Origin: a virus
Taxonomy: Duplodnaviria; Caudoviricetes
DNA: 64,000 nt
Strand: one strand, 5' to 3'
Virus record (IMG/VR): IMGVR_UViG_3300027365_000007
Below the pieces are notes generated by a model that saw only the letters and a list, made by a program, of their open reading frames with translations, ran no database searches and was not told the origin of the DNA. A program made the position numbers and the translations under genes. Below are positions 10,486-19,705 of the stretch, piece by piece. Numbering within the stretch: the stretch's first letter is position 1; every line of letters starts with the position of its first letter.

Positions 10486-10875
10486 GTGGATTATGAGTAT
10501 TACAATGTGGTCGTTATATCCATTCTATCTAATGGAAAACTTATGAAAGAACACTTATCAATAGATGAAATAAAAGATATTTTAGAAAAAATAGATGGAG
10601 AGTGCGTTCCTTTAGTTTTTATAGATCACATTGATATTTTTTACAATAATGGATCGGTGAAATCTATTGAAGGAGCGCGTATTAAACGGTTATTCCCAGA
10701 GATAAAGAATACTACAATGGGTATACTGAAACACAACAACGATATTGTTGAAATTAATGTTAAGGTAGATATGGTTAGAATTCATTCTTTCCTTAACGCA
10801 TTGTGCACACAAGTAGACGAGTTGAGGAAGGACGAAGTTATAAAGTTTTTAGAGCAGAATAAAAAAGGGGGTTAA
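10486..10875 (+). CDS. Hypothetical protein
   Basis: 129-aa ORF between a late promoter and a terminator. Confidence 0.55.
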   Translation: MDYEYYNVVVISILSNGKLMKEHLSIDEIKDILEKIDGECVPLVFIDHIDIFYNNGSVKSIEGARIKRLFPEIKNTTMGILKHNNDIVEINVKVDMVRIHSFLNALCTQVDELRKDEVIKFLEQNKKGG

Positions 10876-10883
10876 TACCCCCT
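10861..10883. terminator. Intrinsic terminator between convergent genes
   Basis: A6-GGGGGT-TAAT-ACCCCC hairpin; the U-tail is on the minus strand. Confidence 0.6.
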
Positions 10884-10890
10884 AAAAATG

Positions 10891-11844
10891 TTATTTTTTA
10901 TCGTCAGCCTTCTCACGTTCTTTCTCAGCTTTACGCTGTTTTCGCTTCCCAGCGGTTTCTAACGCTTTAGTAGCTTCAGACTCGGTAAGGTCGTATCGAT
11001 TCATCATGCGAGTGATGAAACTATCCTTCGTCTTGCTTTTCACGGCCTTTTCTAGAGACTCAATGCGATTCACAATCTCCTGAGTATCAGGCATTTCAGA
11101 ACCCTCGTCTGTTACACCATAACCTTCCAGTGGAGTCTGGACTGCTTCTTGCGATCCTTCTTGTGTGTTTGAACCATCCGCTTCAGGGTGGTATTCTCCA
11201 CCTTCAAGTACGGTAACGCCGGGTACCTTGGATAGATCAACCGCATCAGACGGCATGGGAGCATCTTGATTAGATACTACATTCTCTGTAACACTAGCCT
11301 CGGCTGATTCGTTCAGAGGTTGTGAAGCATCTTTGTGCTGGTTTCCTGTGCGCTCAATAGCAGCCGGTTGAATGTTTTGTTCATTCATAGAAGCATCGCT
11401 GTACGTAGAAGAAATTGTGTTCTGATATTCAATCTTCTTCTCATTTTCTTTACGAATCTCGTTGTTAATATCAACGACCGCAATTTTTTGTTGATAACCA
11501 CCTTGACCAATAACTACGGACACGTCGGATGCTGGTACTTTACTGATCTGGCGCATACGATGTAGCCATTGAAGGACATTTTCACCATTACGAAAAACCG
11601 TTTTAGTGGCATAGTCCATAAAGGTGTGATATGATCTAAGTTCCGGGTTCATAACCATTTCTTCTAGCTGGGATTTGAAATCAAATTCCATAGTTTGTAG
11701 GTCAACTACAAGTGAATGGTCATAGTCAATATCTCTTAGGTTTTCGGAAGTTTGTACATATGGTGATAGAATAAGAACTCTACGTACTTGTTTTGACTGA
11801 TCACTAAAAGTGATGACAGCTTCACCGATAAAACGATCTTGCAT
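10891..11844 (-). CDS. Hypothetical protein with an acidic low-complexity linker
   Basis: 317-aa ORF with a GAGGA RBS. Confidence 0.65.
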   Translation of the reverse strand: MQDRFIGEAVITFSDQSKQVRRVLILSPYVQTSENLRDIDYDHSLVVDLQTMEFDFKSQLEEMVMNPELRSYHTFMDYATKTVFRNGENVLQWLHRMRQISKVPASDVSVVIGQGGYQQKIAVVDINNEIRKENEKKIEYQNTISSTYSDASMNEQNIQPAAIERTGNQHKDASQPLNESAEASVTENVVSNQDAPMPSDAVDLSKVPGVTVLEGGEYHPEADGSNTQEGSQEAVQTPLEGYGVTDEGSEMPDTQEIVNRIESLEKAVKSKTKDSFITRMMNRYDLTESEATKALETAGKRKQRKAEKEREKADDKK

Positions 11845-11914
11845 AGCTATATTTCCTCTTTATTATTTTAATACTATGTGATGACAATACAGCGGGTAAT
11901 ACCCGCTGTATGGA

Positions 11915-12160
11915 TTAGCCTTCTTTTGAATCACCGTCTTTTTTATCTTCAGACTGTTCGCCTTCCTCAGCCTCTTTTTGTTCAGGTGCGTTATGGCTTA
12001 GGAAATTGCTTACACGGTCATATACACGACCAACTGGGCTCATTTCCTCGGCGCGGAACGCACCACGAGAGCTTGCAATCGAAATGATACGCTGAATCAT
12101 TTGAATGTCTTCAAGGGTAATTTTCGGCTCTTCAACTTGGTTTTTGTTTTCTTCACTCAT
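11915..12160 (-). CDS. Conserved myophage hypothetical protein
   Basis: ITLEDIQ..IISIASSRGAFRAEEM..VG.VYDRV motif is familiar from T4-like phages; GGAG RBS. Confidence 0.65.
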   Translation of the reverse strand: MSEENKNQVEEPKITLEDIQMIQRIISIASSRGAFRAEEMSPVGRVYDRVSNFLSHNAPEQKEAEEGEQSEDKKDGDSKEG

Positions 12161-12211
12161 TAAGTTTCTCCTGTTTATTATTAATTATGTGAACAATCAT
12201 CTCACAGATTG

Positions 12212-14911
12212 TTATATTGTCAAGTAGTCTTTTAATACTTTTTCTATATCTGACAGATCAATAATGTGTTTTACAACCTCAGACATTTCAACTACCGTTT
12301 TCGGTGGGATATATGCTGAGAAGTTCACCATATTTAGTAGTGATTTCACTATTGAAAAATTATCACAGTTTTGAATTGTGTCAAATACTTTCTTAAACAC
12401 TAACAAACTCTCACCGCCATCGTCTAAAACCCCAATAGATGATACAATTCCATCAAAAGAATTCATATTTGTGTCTTTGGGTACACGTCCTTGTGCTATA
12501 TCTATCATATCTAGGGTTTTCATGGTTTTGATAAAATTCATAATATTTCTAAGCACTGAGATATTATCACGGCATCGACTTTCTTCAATATCGTTCGCAT
12601 TATTTAGTTTAGTGCGTTCTCTTTCGACTAATTCAATAGAAGCAGACTTAATATCCATCATATTAACAGGAATTGTATTTATCAAATTCATTGCATTGAC
12701 TTTTTCTGTGAAATAATCTTCGAAAAAGATAATCTTATCATTGTCTATGAATTCATGAATTTTATCATAATGTTCAGAATCGCATACGATAACGGCACCG
12801 CCAACTGGAAGTAGACGTGTAAAGGAGTCTTGTATCAACTCTCTTTTGTTAAGTTCCTTAAAGTCTTTATTATATGATGTGATATTCATTGAAATATCAC
12901 GTCCAAATGGCTGTCCATATTCGCACGACGAGAAATTAAATCTTACATAATTACCGTCGTTGGTATATGCACAATGACTAAAACGTTTATTATCTAAACG
13001 TACTACGTATACGGCATCTGCATCACGGGTGATTCTGGTAATATCATTAGACTGCATAGTCTTTTTATTTATATCATGGTGTGATGAGTAACCAAAATCG
13101 CCGTCGTTATCATGTGTATTGACTAGGTGAATCCCTCGAATGCGTTTGCTTTTAGGCGATGATCTTTTGCGACGTTTTTGTTCTTTGATATCATCGATTT
13201 CATTCTTATATTTTTTGACCAAATCCGAGATTTTAAAGAAATTAGTAATACCGTCAGTACGGAAGTGCTGACAAAGATCATCAACGTCATCCAAATCACA
13301 CGAGATCATAATAATTGTGTAGTCTTTATAATCTTCATCTTGACGCAACAGATATGAAGGTACTTTAAATCCTTTATTCATATCCTTGATTACAAAGATG
13401 TTGGTTTTATCACCCAGTAGTCTATTAACATGCTTTTTGACTACAGAGGATGATGGTTCAATACCTACAGCCATAGGTATACGCGCAATATCAAACTCAA
13501 CTTTAGTTGTGTTAGGTACCACTAGTTCGTGTATATGTAGTGATCTTCTATGTACTTGTGTAATGAATTCTGTTGTTGCACAATCCTTCTCAAAATATGA
13601 GATGGTGTCGAAAATATTTGGAATTGATTTAAAATCATCCTTCTTAGAAATCCAGCGATAAACCATATCCTTGGTAATACCAAGACGTTTTTCAAAATCA
13701 GAAAAAACTTTATCACTATCTTTAACTTGAATGATATCTAAGAATACATCTATTGTATGGGTGTTATAGTCATAGTTCTCAGGTAAAAGACCTTTGTTAA
13801 TATATGTAGTGATCTTACCGTCTAGTGCGGGACCATACGAAGCTATATCCTTTGCTAACGTAGACACAACGAAGTTCCGCTTCACAGTATTCTTAATAGT
13901 TGAACATTCAAGTAAATCATGAATAAGTTGGGTAATCTCACGCTCTAGATTGTGTTGGGCGTTGAAGATCTCTGAATGTTTAGATAGTGCAAACCTCCCA
14001 TCGTCATCAATTCTATCACGTGAGCGATTAATGGGTAATGGTGCATCAAGTTCACTCTCATCAATAAGATAAATTTGTTCTACGCGCTCCTGAATGAGTC
14101 TATTATTACTGTAGTATGAGAGGTCTGGATATATAATGTTTTTGTATTTAAATGATACCGAATATTGTGGCGGTTTTGTATTAAATATTGAGTAATCAAT
14201 ATTCAGTATATTGTCGTAAATAAAAGAATTGTTTAAGAGTTTCTTGATATTGTTCACAAGAATCTTGTGGTTTCCGCCAATTTCTACGGACCTGTTACCT
14301 TCGTTACAAATATAATAAGGAGCTAGAATACCGATTAAGTCTTTGAATCGTTCACTTTTAGGACTCGAAGTAAATGTCACAGGGACTGTAACTTCAGTTC
14401 CAGAATGTTCATCTGATTGATAAGAATGTACCAATTCGTATGAAGGAATCCCATCGGCATTAAGCATCAAAATGTAGAGATATGCTACCCCGCCATGAAC
14501 TGTTTTCATAGTATAGTAATCCATATCGTATTTGTGGTACTTAGTAATACAATTTGAATTTGTTTGTTCAATTGTATACAAGACACCATAAGGTGCTTTA
14601 GAGCCAATGCCAAATTCACCATCCATGTTAGTCACTTCGTTTTCATCATCTGACCTTTTTGTACTTTTGTACATTGCACTAAAAATACTTTCGATGAGGT
14701 TAGGTGACATTCCCATACCAAAATCGCGTACCACGGTTGAATCAAAGTCGAAATAGACTTCAATTGGCCTACCAGCATTGCCTTCCTTGTTTGCATCAGA
14801 TGCATTGGCAATGATTTCACGAACAGATGCTTTAACAGGATCTGTATAGATACTTTTTACTAATGTTTCAAACACTTCACGGTCTACTGAAGGAATTGTA
14901 ATAGAAGGCAT
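12212..14911 (-). CDS. rIIA: rIIA-like protein with an N-terminal GHKL (Hsp90-like) ATPase domain
   Basis: IYTDP..SVREIIANASDA, VRDFGMGM, STKR and GEFGIGSKAP Bergerat-fold motifs. Confidence 0.7.
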   Translation of the reverse strand: MPSITIPSVDREVFETLVKSIYTDPVKASVREIIANASDANKEGNAGRPIEVYFDFDSTVVRDFGMGMSPNLIESIFSAMYKSTKRSDDENEVTNMDGEFGIGSKAPYGVLYTIEQTNSNCITKYHKYDMDYYTMKTVHGGVAYLYILMLNADGIPSYELVHSYQSDEHSGTEVTVPVTFTSSPKSERFKDLIGILAPYYICNEGNRSVEIGGNHKILVNNIKKLLNNSFIYDNILNIDYSIFNTKPPQYSVSFKYKNIIYPDLSYYSNNRLIQERVEQIYLIDESELDAPLPINRSRDRIDDDGRFALSKHSEIFNAQHNLEREITQLIHDLLECSTIKNTVKRNFVVSTLAKDIASYGPALDGKITTYINKGLLPENYDYNTHTIDVFLDIIQVKDSDKVFSDFEKRLGITKDMVYRWISKKDDFKSIPNIFDTISYFEKDCATTEFITQVHRRSLHIHELVVPNTTKVEFDIARIPMAVGIEPSSSVVKKHVNRLLGDKTNIFVIKDMNKGFKVPSYLLRQDEDYKDYTIIMISCDLDDVDDLCQHFRTDGITNFFKISDLVKKYKNEIDDIKEQKRRKRSSPKSKRIRGIHLVNTHDNDGDFGYSSHHDINKKTMQSNDITRITRDADAVYVVRLDNKRFSHCAYTNDGNYVRFNFSSCEYGQPFGRDISMNITSYNKDFKELNKRELIQDSFTRLLPVGGAVIVCDSEHYDKIHEFIDNDKIIFFEDYFTEKVNAMNLINTIPVNMMDIKSASIELVERERTKLNNANDIEESRCRDNISVLRNIMNFIKTMKTLDMIDIAQGRVPKDTNMNSFDGIVSSIGVLDDGGESLLVFKKVFDTIQNCDNFSIVKSLLNMVNFSAYIPPKTVVEMSEVVKHIIDLSDIEKVLKDYLTI

Positions 14912-15012
14912 GAATTTCTCTTCTCTCTTTCATTTGTCTATTGACGAATTAATAACTTGGGGTAGTATACAGATTCTACTATTGATTGGCAATAACATTG
15001 TGGAGAAAAATT

Positions 15013-15396
15013 ATGAGTAGTAAACGTACAGGATTGATGATTTACGTAGTACATCCTAGAATTTTGTCTAAAAAAGAAGACAAGAAGTGGGATGTATATG
15101 AAGAAGTATACGTTAGAAATGGAATCAAGAAAAACCTTTTAGAACGTTCAACTATTGTACTCGATTGCGCAAACATGACTGTATTCAAGAATCGTTCTGA
15201 TCGTCAAGATGATTTCTACACTATCGTATCATACTTAGCTAAAAGTCATCAACAGGTTGCTGAGTTCAAAGAGGTATACGATACTTTTATGAATCAAATG
15301 GAACAGGTAGAAGAAGAAATGCGTAAAGCCGCAGAAGCCGAGCCAGAATCAGCCTCAGAGGGTGAAGAAAATAGTACCTCTAATACTGAAGAATAA
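15013..15396 (+). CDS. Hypothetical protein (start revised)
   Basis: GGAG at 15002-15005 precedes the ATG at 15013. Confidence 0.55.
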   Translation: MSSKRTGLMIYVVHPRILSKKEDKKWDVYEEVYVRNGIKKNLLERSTIVLDCANMTVFKNRSDRQDDFYTIVSYLAKSHQQVAEFKEVYDTFMNQMEQVEEEMRKAAEAEPESASEGEENSTSNTEE

Positions 15397-15463
15397 ATAA
15401 ATTCGTGGTTAGAGATCACATATTTAATATAATTGTATAATAATAAAAAGAGGAATATCTAAA

Positions 15464-15850
15464 ATGACTAGTAAAGTTATTATCCGTATTGGTGAAAAAT
15501 CCGACCAAATTGAAAAAGAAAATATTTTTGAACGTGGTAATTATCGATTTTGTAAAAATCTTTCAGTAGTATTCGTGCAAGCAGGCATATACTATTTGAT
15601 TGTAACGGATGAAGAGATGATCAATAATCTTTATGATGCAACTGCCGAATCCCCTGAAAACGGTGATTACAGTGAAGCAGACCGTATTGTTGAAGATATG
15701 ATCAAAGATTATATTGCAAACAACTTTGATGACTTTAATAGTCGTGTTGAAAAAGCAGTAAAAACTGCACATGGTATTGGTGTAAAAAAGATGGCTACCA
15801 AACAACCATCTCGTAGACAGCATACTCGTCGAAGAAATCAAGCAGCTTAA
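15464..15850 (+). CDS. Hypothetical protein
   Basis: GAGGA RBS; followed by a terminator. Confidence 0.6.
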   Translation: MTSKVIIRIGEKSDQIEKENIFERGNYRFCKNLSVVFVQAGIYYLIVTDEEMINNLYDATAESPENGDYSEADRIVEDMIKDYIANNFDDFNSRVEKAVKTAHGIGVKKMATKQPSRRQHTRRRNQAA

Positions 15851-15871
15851 ATACACTGCTCATACTGTTCT

Positions 15872-15896
15872 AAAGCCCTCGTAAGAGGGCTTTTTT
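15872..15896 (+). terminator. Intrinsic terminator
   Basis: AAAGCCCTC-GTAA-GAGGGCTTTTTT: GNRA loop plus U-tail. Confidence 0.85.
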
Positions 15897-15897
15897 G

Positions 15898-15905
15898 TAT
15901 AAATA
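15898..15905 (+). promoter_or_regulatory. T4-type late promoter TATAAATA
   Basis: Exact motif immediately after the terminator and 24 nt before the ATG at 15930. Confidence 0.65.
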
Positions 15906-15929
15906 AACAAAAATGCGGGGTATGAACTG

Positions 15930-16478
15930 ATGAGAATTTTAGAAAATGATGCACAGCCATTTGAAGAAGGCATGAAGTCTTATATGGATGGTAAGGGTCT
16001 TGAGGCGTGTATATACAGACCGTATTCTGAAGGTGAAAATGAATGGATTCGCGGGTGGCGATATGCGAAGCAAGAGAGAATTTTAGAAAATCTTTCTGAA
16101 ATATTAGATGAGGATTACGACAATGACGATGATTTCTACCTAAACTATGGCTGGATGCCACTTGACGAAGACTCATATGGGTATTATGATGGTTCGCGTG
16201 TGAAGCTTGACAATCCTAGATATAGCGACAAAGATGATGATAAACGCTTCGTTGTTTATGTTGATAGTGGCTCAAAGACATCGGATGGAAAAGTGAAAGC
16301 TAAGAAAATAACATTCGGGTCGAAAAAAGGTTCGGAGCTACGGGTAAACAAAGATGATGAGGAAGCACGAAAAAACTTTATTGCTAGACACAATTGTAAA
16401 TTCGCAAACGATAAAAAGACTGCAAGATATTGGTCTTGTCGTGCACCTTTAAGTAAAACCGATGGGAAATTTTGGTAA
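15930..16478 (+). CDS. Conserved phage protein
   Basis: The C-terminal KKITFG...ARKNFIARHNC..K.TARYWSC motif is seen in T4-like phage proteins. Confidence 0.6.
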   Translation: MRILENDAQPFEEGMKSYMDGKGLEACIYRPYSEGENEWIRGWRYAKQERILENLSEILDEDYDNDDDFYLNYGWMPLDEDSYGYYDGSRVKLDNPRYSDKDDDKRFVVYVDSGSKTSDGKVKAKKITFGSKKGSELRVNKDDEEARKNFIARHNCKFANDKKTARYWSCRAPLSKTDGKFW

Positions 16479-17173
16479 TGAGTGAAAAAGTCTATGAACG
16501 TTTAGAAAAATATTATGGTAAAGCTTTTAATATCGAACCAATAGAACATATATATGAAAAAACAATTCCGTATGACGTGTTTTATTACTTAAGGGATAGT
16601 GTTAATGAACTTTTGTCCCGCCGTGCAATGTATACAAAGACTACTAACCCTGAGTACGAAACACTTGGGCTGACATATAACCCCTACCTTGACATTGATG
16701 GTTATAAGCAATATAGTCATAATTTACCGCTAGGTGCACATGGACGTGATGATACCCATGCATTTGTACGCCCTCTCCCTGAATCAGAATTTCTATATAA
16801 TATCTGTGAATTTACCCCTGTTAGAGCAAAGATAACAAGGATGAGTGGGCGATTCACGACTAGTGAATGGCATTATGACGAGCCTATTGATGAATGTATA
16901 AAAGTTATCATACCCACAAAAACGGATAACGAATGCTACTTTCAGTATGAAAACCATAAACCTATACGCTTGGAAATAGGCAAGGCATATTTCTTTGACT
17001 CATCATTTCATCACCGCTTTATCTATGGTAACTGTGAAACTGATGAAGTACATATTGTATTTGGCCTGTCAACGAAATTTTCATATGATTATTCAAGAAA
17101 CCATTGGTATTATGATGAAGATCGAAGCAAAAAGACGATTAAGGATTTAATTGACGAAAGTGTGATGTTTTGA
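16472..17173 (+). CDS. Aspartyl/asparaginyl beta-hydroxylase-like 2OG-Fe(II) oxygenase
   Basis: WHYDEP (HxD), VIIPTKTD, FFDSSFHHR (distal His) and VHIV. Confidence 0.7.
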   Translation: MVMSEKVYERLEKYYGKAFNIEPIEHIYEKTIPYDVFYYLRDSVNELLSRRAMYTKTTNPEYETLGLTYNPYLDIDGYKQYSHNLPLGAHGRDDTHAFVRPLPESEFLYNICEFTPVRAKITRMSGRFTTSEWHYDEPIDECIKVIIPTKTDNECYFQYENHKPIRLEIGKAYFFDSSFHHRFIYGNCETDEVHIVFGLSTKFSYDYSRNHWYYDEDRSKKTIKDLIDESVMF

Positions 17174-17209
17174 TACTCTATTGTAATTAATTTCTATAAA
17201 GAGGGCACA

Positions 17210-17788
17210 ATGCAAAAAATCATTACTGATATAGATGATACAGCTTTAAACTACACTAAAGGTCTTTTAGAGTTCGCAAACATTCAATATCCTCATGGTC
17301 AACAATTTAGTAACATTTCTGATTTTCTTACAAGTACACACGGGTATACTTCGAACGAAACCACTGAATTGATTCAGACGTTTAACACCTCCGAAAACTT
17401 TAAACACCTTGAACCATTACAAGGTGCTGACACGGTTTTGAAGAACTTACATAATGATGGTGTTAAAATTTCTGTTATAACAGCATGTGGAGATGATAAA
17501 GTCACCCGTGAGTTACGGTATTACAACCTAAGAAACGTCTTTGGGGATATATTCGAAAACATCATATTTTTACCGTTGGGTGCTAGAAAACTATATAACC
17601 TAATGCCATACATGGATAGAAATCCTGTGTTTATTGAAGATTCGTTAATCCATTATAAAGACGGTGTGGTTCTTGGCTTTGACAGCTATATGATTAAAGG
17701 ACCAATGAATGCTAAAGAAATTGATGACACAAATCATTTTACACATTGGGATGAGTTTTACAAACGTTATCATGAAAACCATATCTAA
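17210..17788 (+). CDS. HAD-superfamily 5'-nucleotidase-like phosphatase
   Basis: IITDIDDT motif I, VITA motif II, FIEDS motif IV. Confidence 0.8.
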   Translation: MQKIITDIDDTALNYTKGLLEFANIQYPHGQQFSNISDFLTSTHGYTSNETTELIQTFNTSENFKHLEPLQGADTVLKNLHNDGVKISVITACGDDKVTRELRYYNLRNVFGDIFENIIFLPLGARKLYNLMPYMDRNPVFIEDSLIHYKDGVVLGFDSYMIKGPMNAKEIDDTNHFTHWDEFYKRYHENHI

Positions 17789-17830
17789 AACTCCATAAAT
17801 AAACATATAAGTATATGGAGTTTAAAGACT

Positions 17831-18394
17831 ATGAATGATATAAGAATTATTTCTAAAAATGAGTTGTCAGTAAGTGACATTAAAACTGTAATACGTGTAA
17901 TAAATGATGCATCTGGTAAAGAACTAATAACCATTTCTAAAGACAAGCCTTTGGCTAAGAAGTATACATTAGATGATGGATACACTGTCTATACGTTTGA
18001 TATTAATGAGTCAGTAGATGGTGATGAATCTGATAGTATTATTGGTGGACTATATAACACTCTTACCTTCGATTTCGTTGCTGAGATCAATTCCGACATA
18101 GTTGAGTATGACGATGATATTGAAGAATCTATCGAAGAATCTGAGCCCGTTAAGCATGCACGATGGGTTCAGGAACAAGTAGATGAAGGATGGTCATACG
18201 GCTTACAATTCGATGAATCAAACAAAAAGAATCCGTACATAAGACCCTATCACCAATTGACTAAAACCCAAAAAAGAGTAATGGGAAAGAGTAAATCGAA
18301 ATTGGGATATTATGGATTATACTTCCCGTATATTGCGGGTGGTAATAATGATAACGACAATGGCTCTGACGCCGGGGGTGATGGTGGCGAATGA
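17831..18394 (+). CDS. Protein with a C-terminal RyR (ryanodine-receptor repeat)-like domain
   Basis: KHARWVQEQVDEGWSYG...KKNPYIRPYHQLTKTQK fits H.RW...GW.YG...K.HP.L.PY..L...EK. Confidence 0.65.
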   Translation: MNDIRIISKNELSVSDIKTVIRVINDASGKELITISKDKPLAKKYTLDDGYTVYTFDINESVDGDESDSIIGGLYNTLTFDFVAEINSDIVEYDDDIEESIEESEPVKHARWVQEQVDEGWSYGLQFDESNKKNPYIRPYHQLTKTQKRVMGKSKSKLGYYGLYFPYIAGGNNDNDNGSDAGGDGGE

Positions 18395-19395
18395 GCTATG
18401 ACTTCTCGTATGATCCCGAGAGTGGATTAACACCTTGGCCAATGATTTGGACAGTAATGCCTTCCCAGTATAATTGGGAAGGTACTTTGGGTGACATTTT
18501 AAACTTTTCAGTCGAAGCTATTCCAGATCCAAGCTATCCGAGTGCTTGGGATGCTTACTATACTGATTTAAATTCGTCAGGAAACGAAGATCCGTTGAAT
18601 CCTGAACCTGTTGAGATACCGCCTTTACCACCCGAGCCAGTCCTACAAGAATACATTTATGAATCATCATCTAGTCTAGAATCTGAATATTTTACTTTAA
18701 ATAACACAGACGGTCTAGGTATTACTTCTGTGGACACTGAGTTGTTCTTTCCATATGCTAAGATAGTGTACTTTAAAGATGGAGAGCGTAAGCAAGCGCA
18801 ATTCCCCCAAGAGGCAATCGATGATGGTTATGATTATGTAAGCGCTGTTGTGCCTGATGATCGGGAATTCATTATTGAAAATTCTGACCTACGAGCTATA
18901 TCCACTGCTAAGACTGATCTTACTGGAAGTTTTAAATTTAAAATAAACAATGATTGGGGTAAAGCCCGTGAAACCCTCTTAACAATGTCAGATCAGTCAA
19001 AAACTTATTTTGATAATTTAGCAGGTAGTACTGGCAACACTGATGAACCGCCTAGTCCTGCAAACGGTAACTCTCCTGTGGCGGAACCTTTAGTCCCTGA
19101 CTTACCAGACCTTTCTACCGAAACAGATACTATAGTAGATCAGGGTGTTCAGAGTTATGACGAACTGTTCCGAGAAGAGGATGCGGAGAAGATAAATACT
19201 ATCGTTAATGATGGAGACTTTTACACAACACTTAAAAATGAAACAACAGTAGTTACTAGTACTCAAAACACTGATGAATTTGGTACTGTTGAATCACCAA
19301 TAGATGTTGCTATACGTGAGGGTAACATCGAAGAACTCATGAACGAGTATGGTTATTCATACTCTGAAGTTATTGAATTGATAAGGAATGTATAG
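18391..19395 (+). CDS. Hypothetical protein, probably virion-associated
   Basis: Acidic, Pro-rich 334-aa ORF coupled to the RyR gene and preceding PAAR. Confidence 0.5.
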   Translation: MSYDFSYDPESGLTPWPMIWTVMPSQYNWEGTLGDILNFSVEAIPDPSYPSAWDAYYTDLNSSGNEDPLNPEPVEIPPLPPEPVLQEYIYESSSSLESEYFTLNNTDGLGITSVDTELFFPYAKIVYFKDGERKQAQFPQEAIDDGYDYVSAVVPDDREFIIENSDLRAISTAKTDLTGSFKFKINNDWGKARETLLTMSDQSKTYFDNLAGSTGNTDEPPSPANGNSPVAEPLVPDLPDLSTETDTIVDQGVQSYDELFREEDAEKINTIVNDGDFYTTLKNETTVVTSTQNTDEFGTVESPIDVAIREGNIEELMNEYGYSYSEVIELIRNV

Positions 19396-19397
19396 AT

Positions 19398-19697
19398 ATG
19401 TCAAGTCCTACCGCTAGACTTTCATCAGCAACTACAGGCCACGGATGTTGGCCTTCTACAAATATATGTGAAGCTTCCGAAACGGTAATAGCAGGCGGCT
19501 TACTGGTAGCATGCGTTTCACATGCTGCTATTCCTCATCAATGTGTGGTTCTACCATATCCTATTCACGGTCTTTCCGTTGCAAGTGGTTCAGGTAGTGT
19601 TATAACAGAAGGTCTTAGTGCGGCTAGGCTTGGTGATTCTATGAGTTGTGGAGATACTATAGCTGAAGGCTTTCCAACGGTCATTATAGGAGATTAA
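19398..19697 (+). CDS. PAAR-repeat spike tip protein (T4 gp5.4-like)
   Basis: TARLSSATTGHGC...AARLGDSMSCGDTIAEG..TVIIG, with Cys/His metal ligands. Confidence 0.9.
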   Translation: MSSPTARLSSATTGHGCWPSTNICEASETVIAGGLLVACVSHAAIPHQCVVLPYPIHGLSVASGSGSVITEGLSAARLGDSMSCGDTIAEGFPTVIIGD

Positions 19698-19705
19698 AAT
19701 TACAA

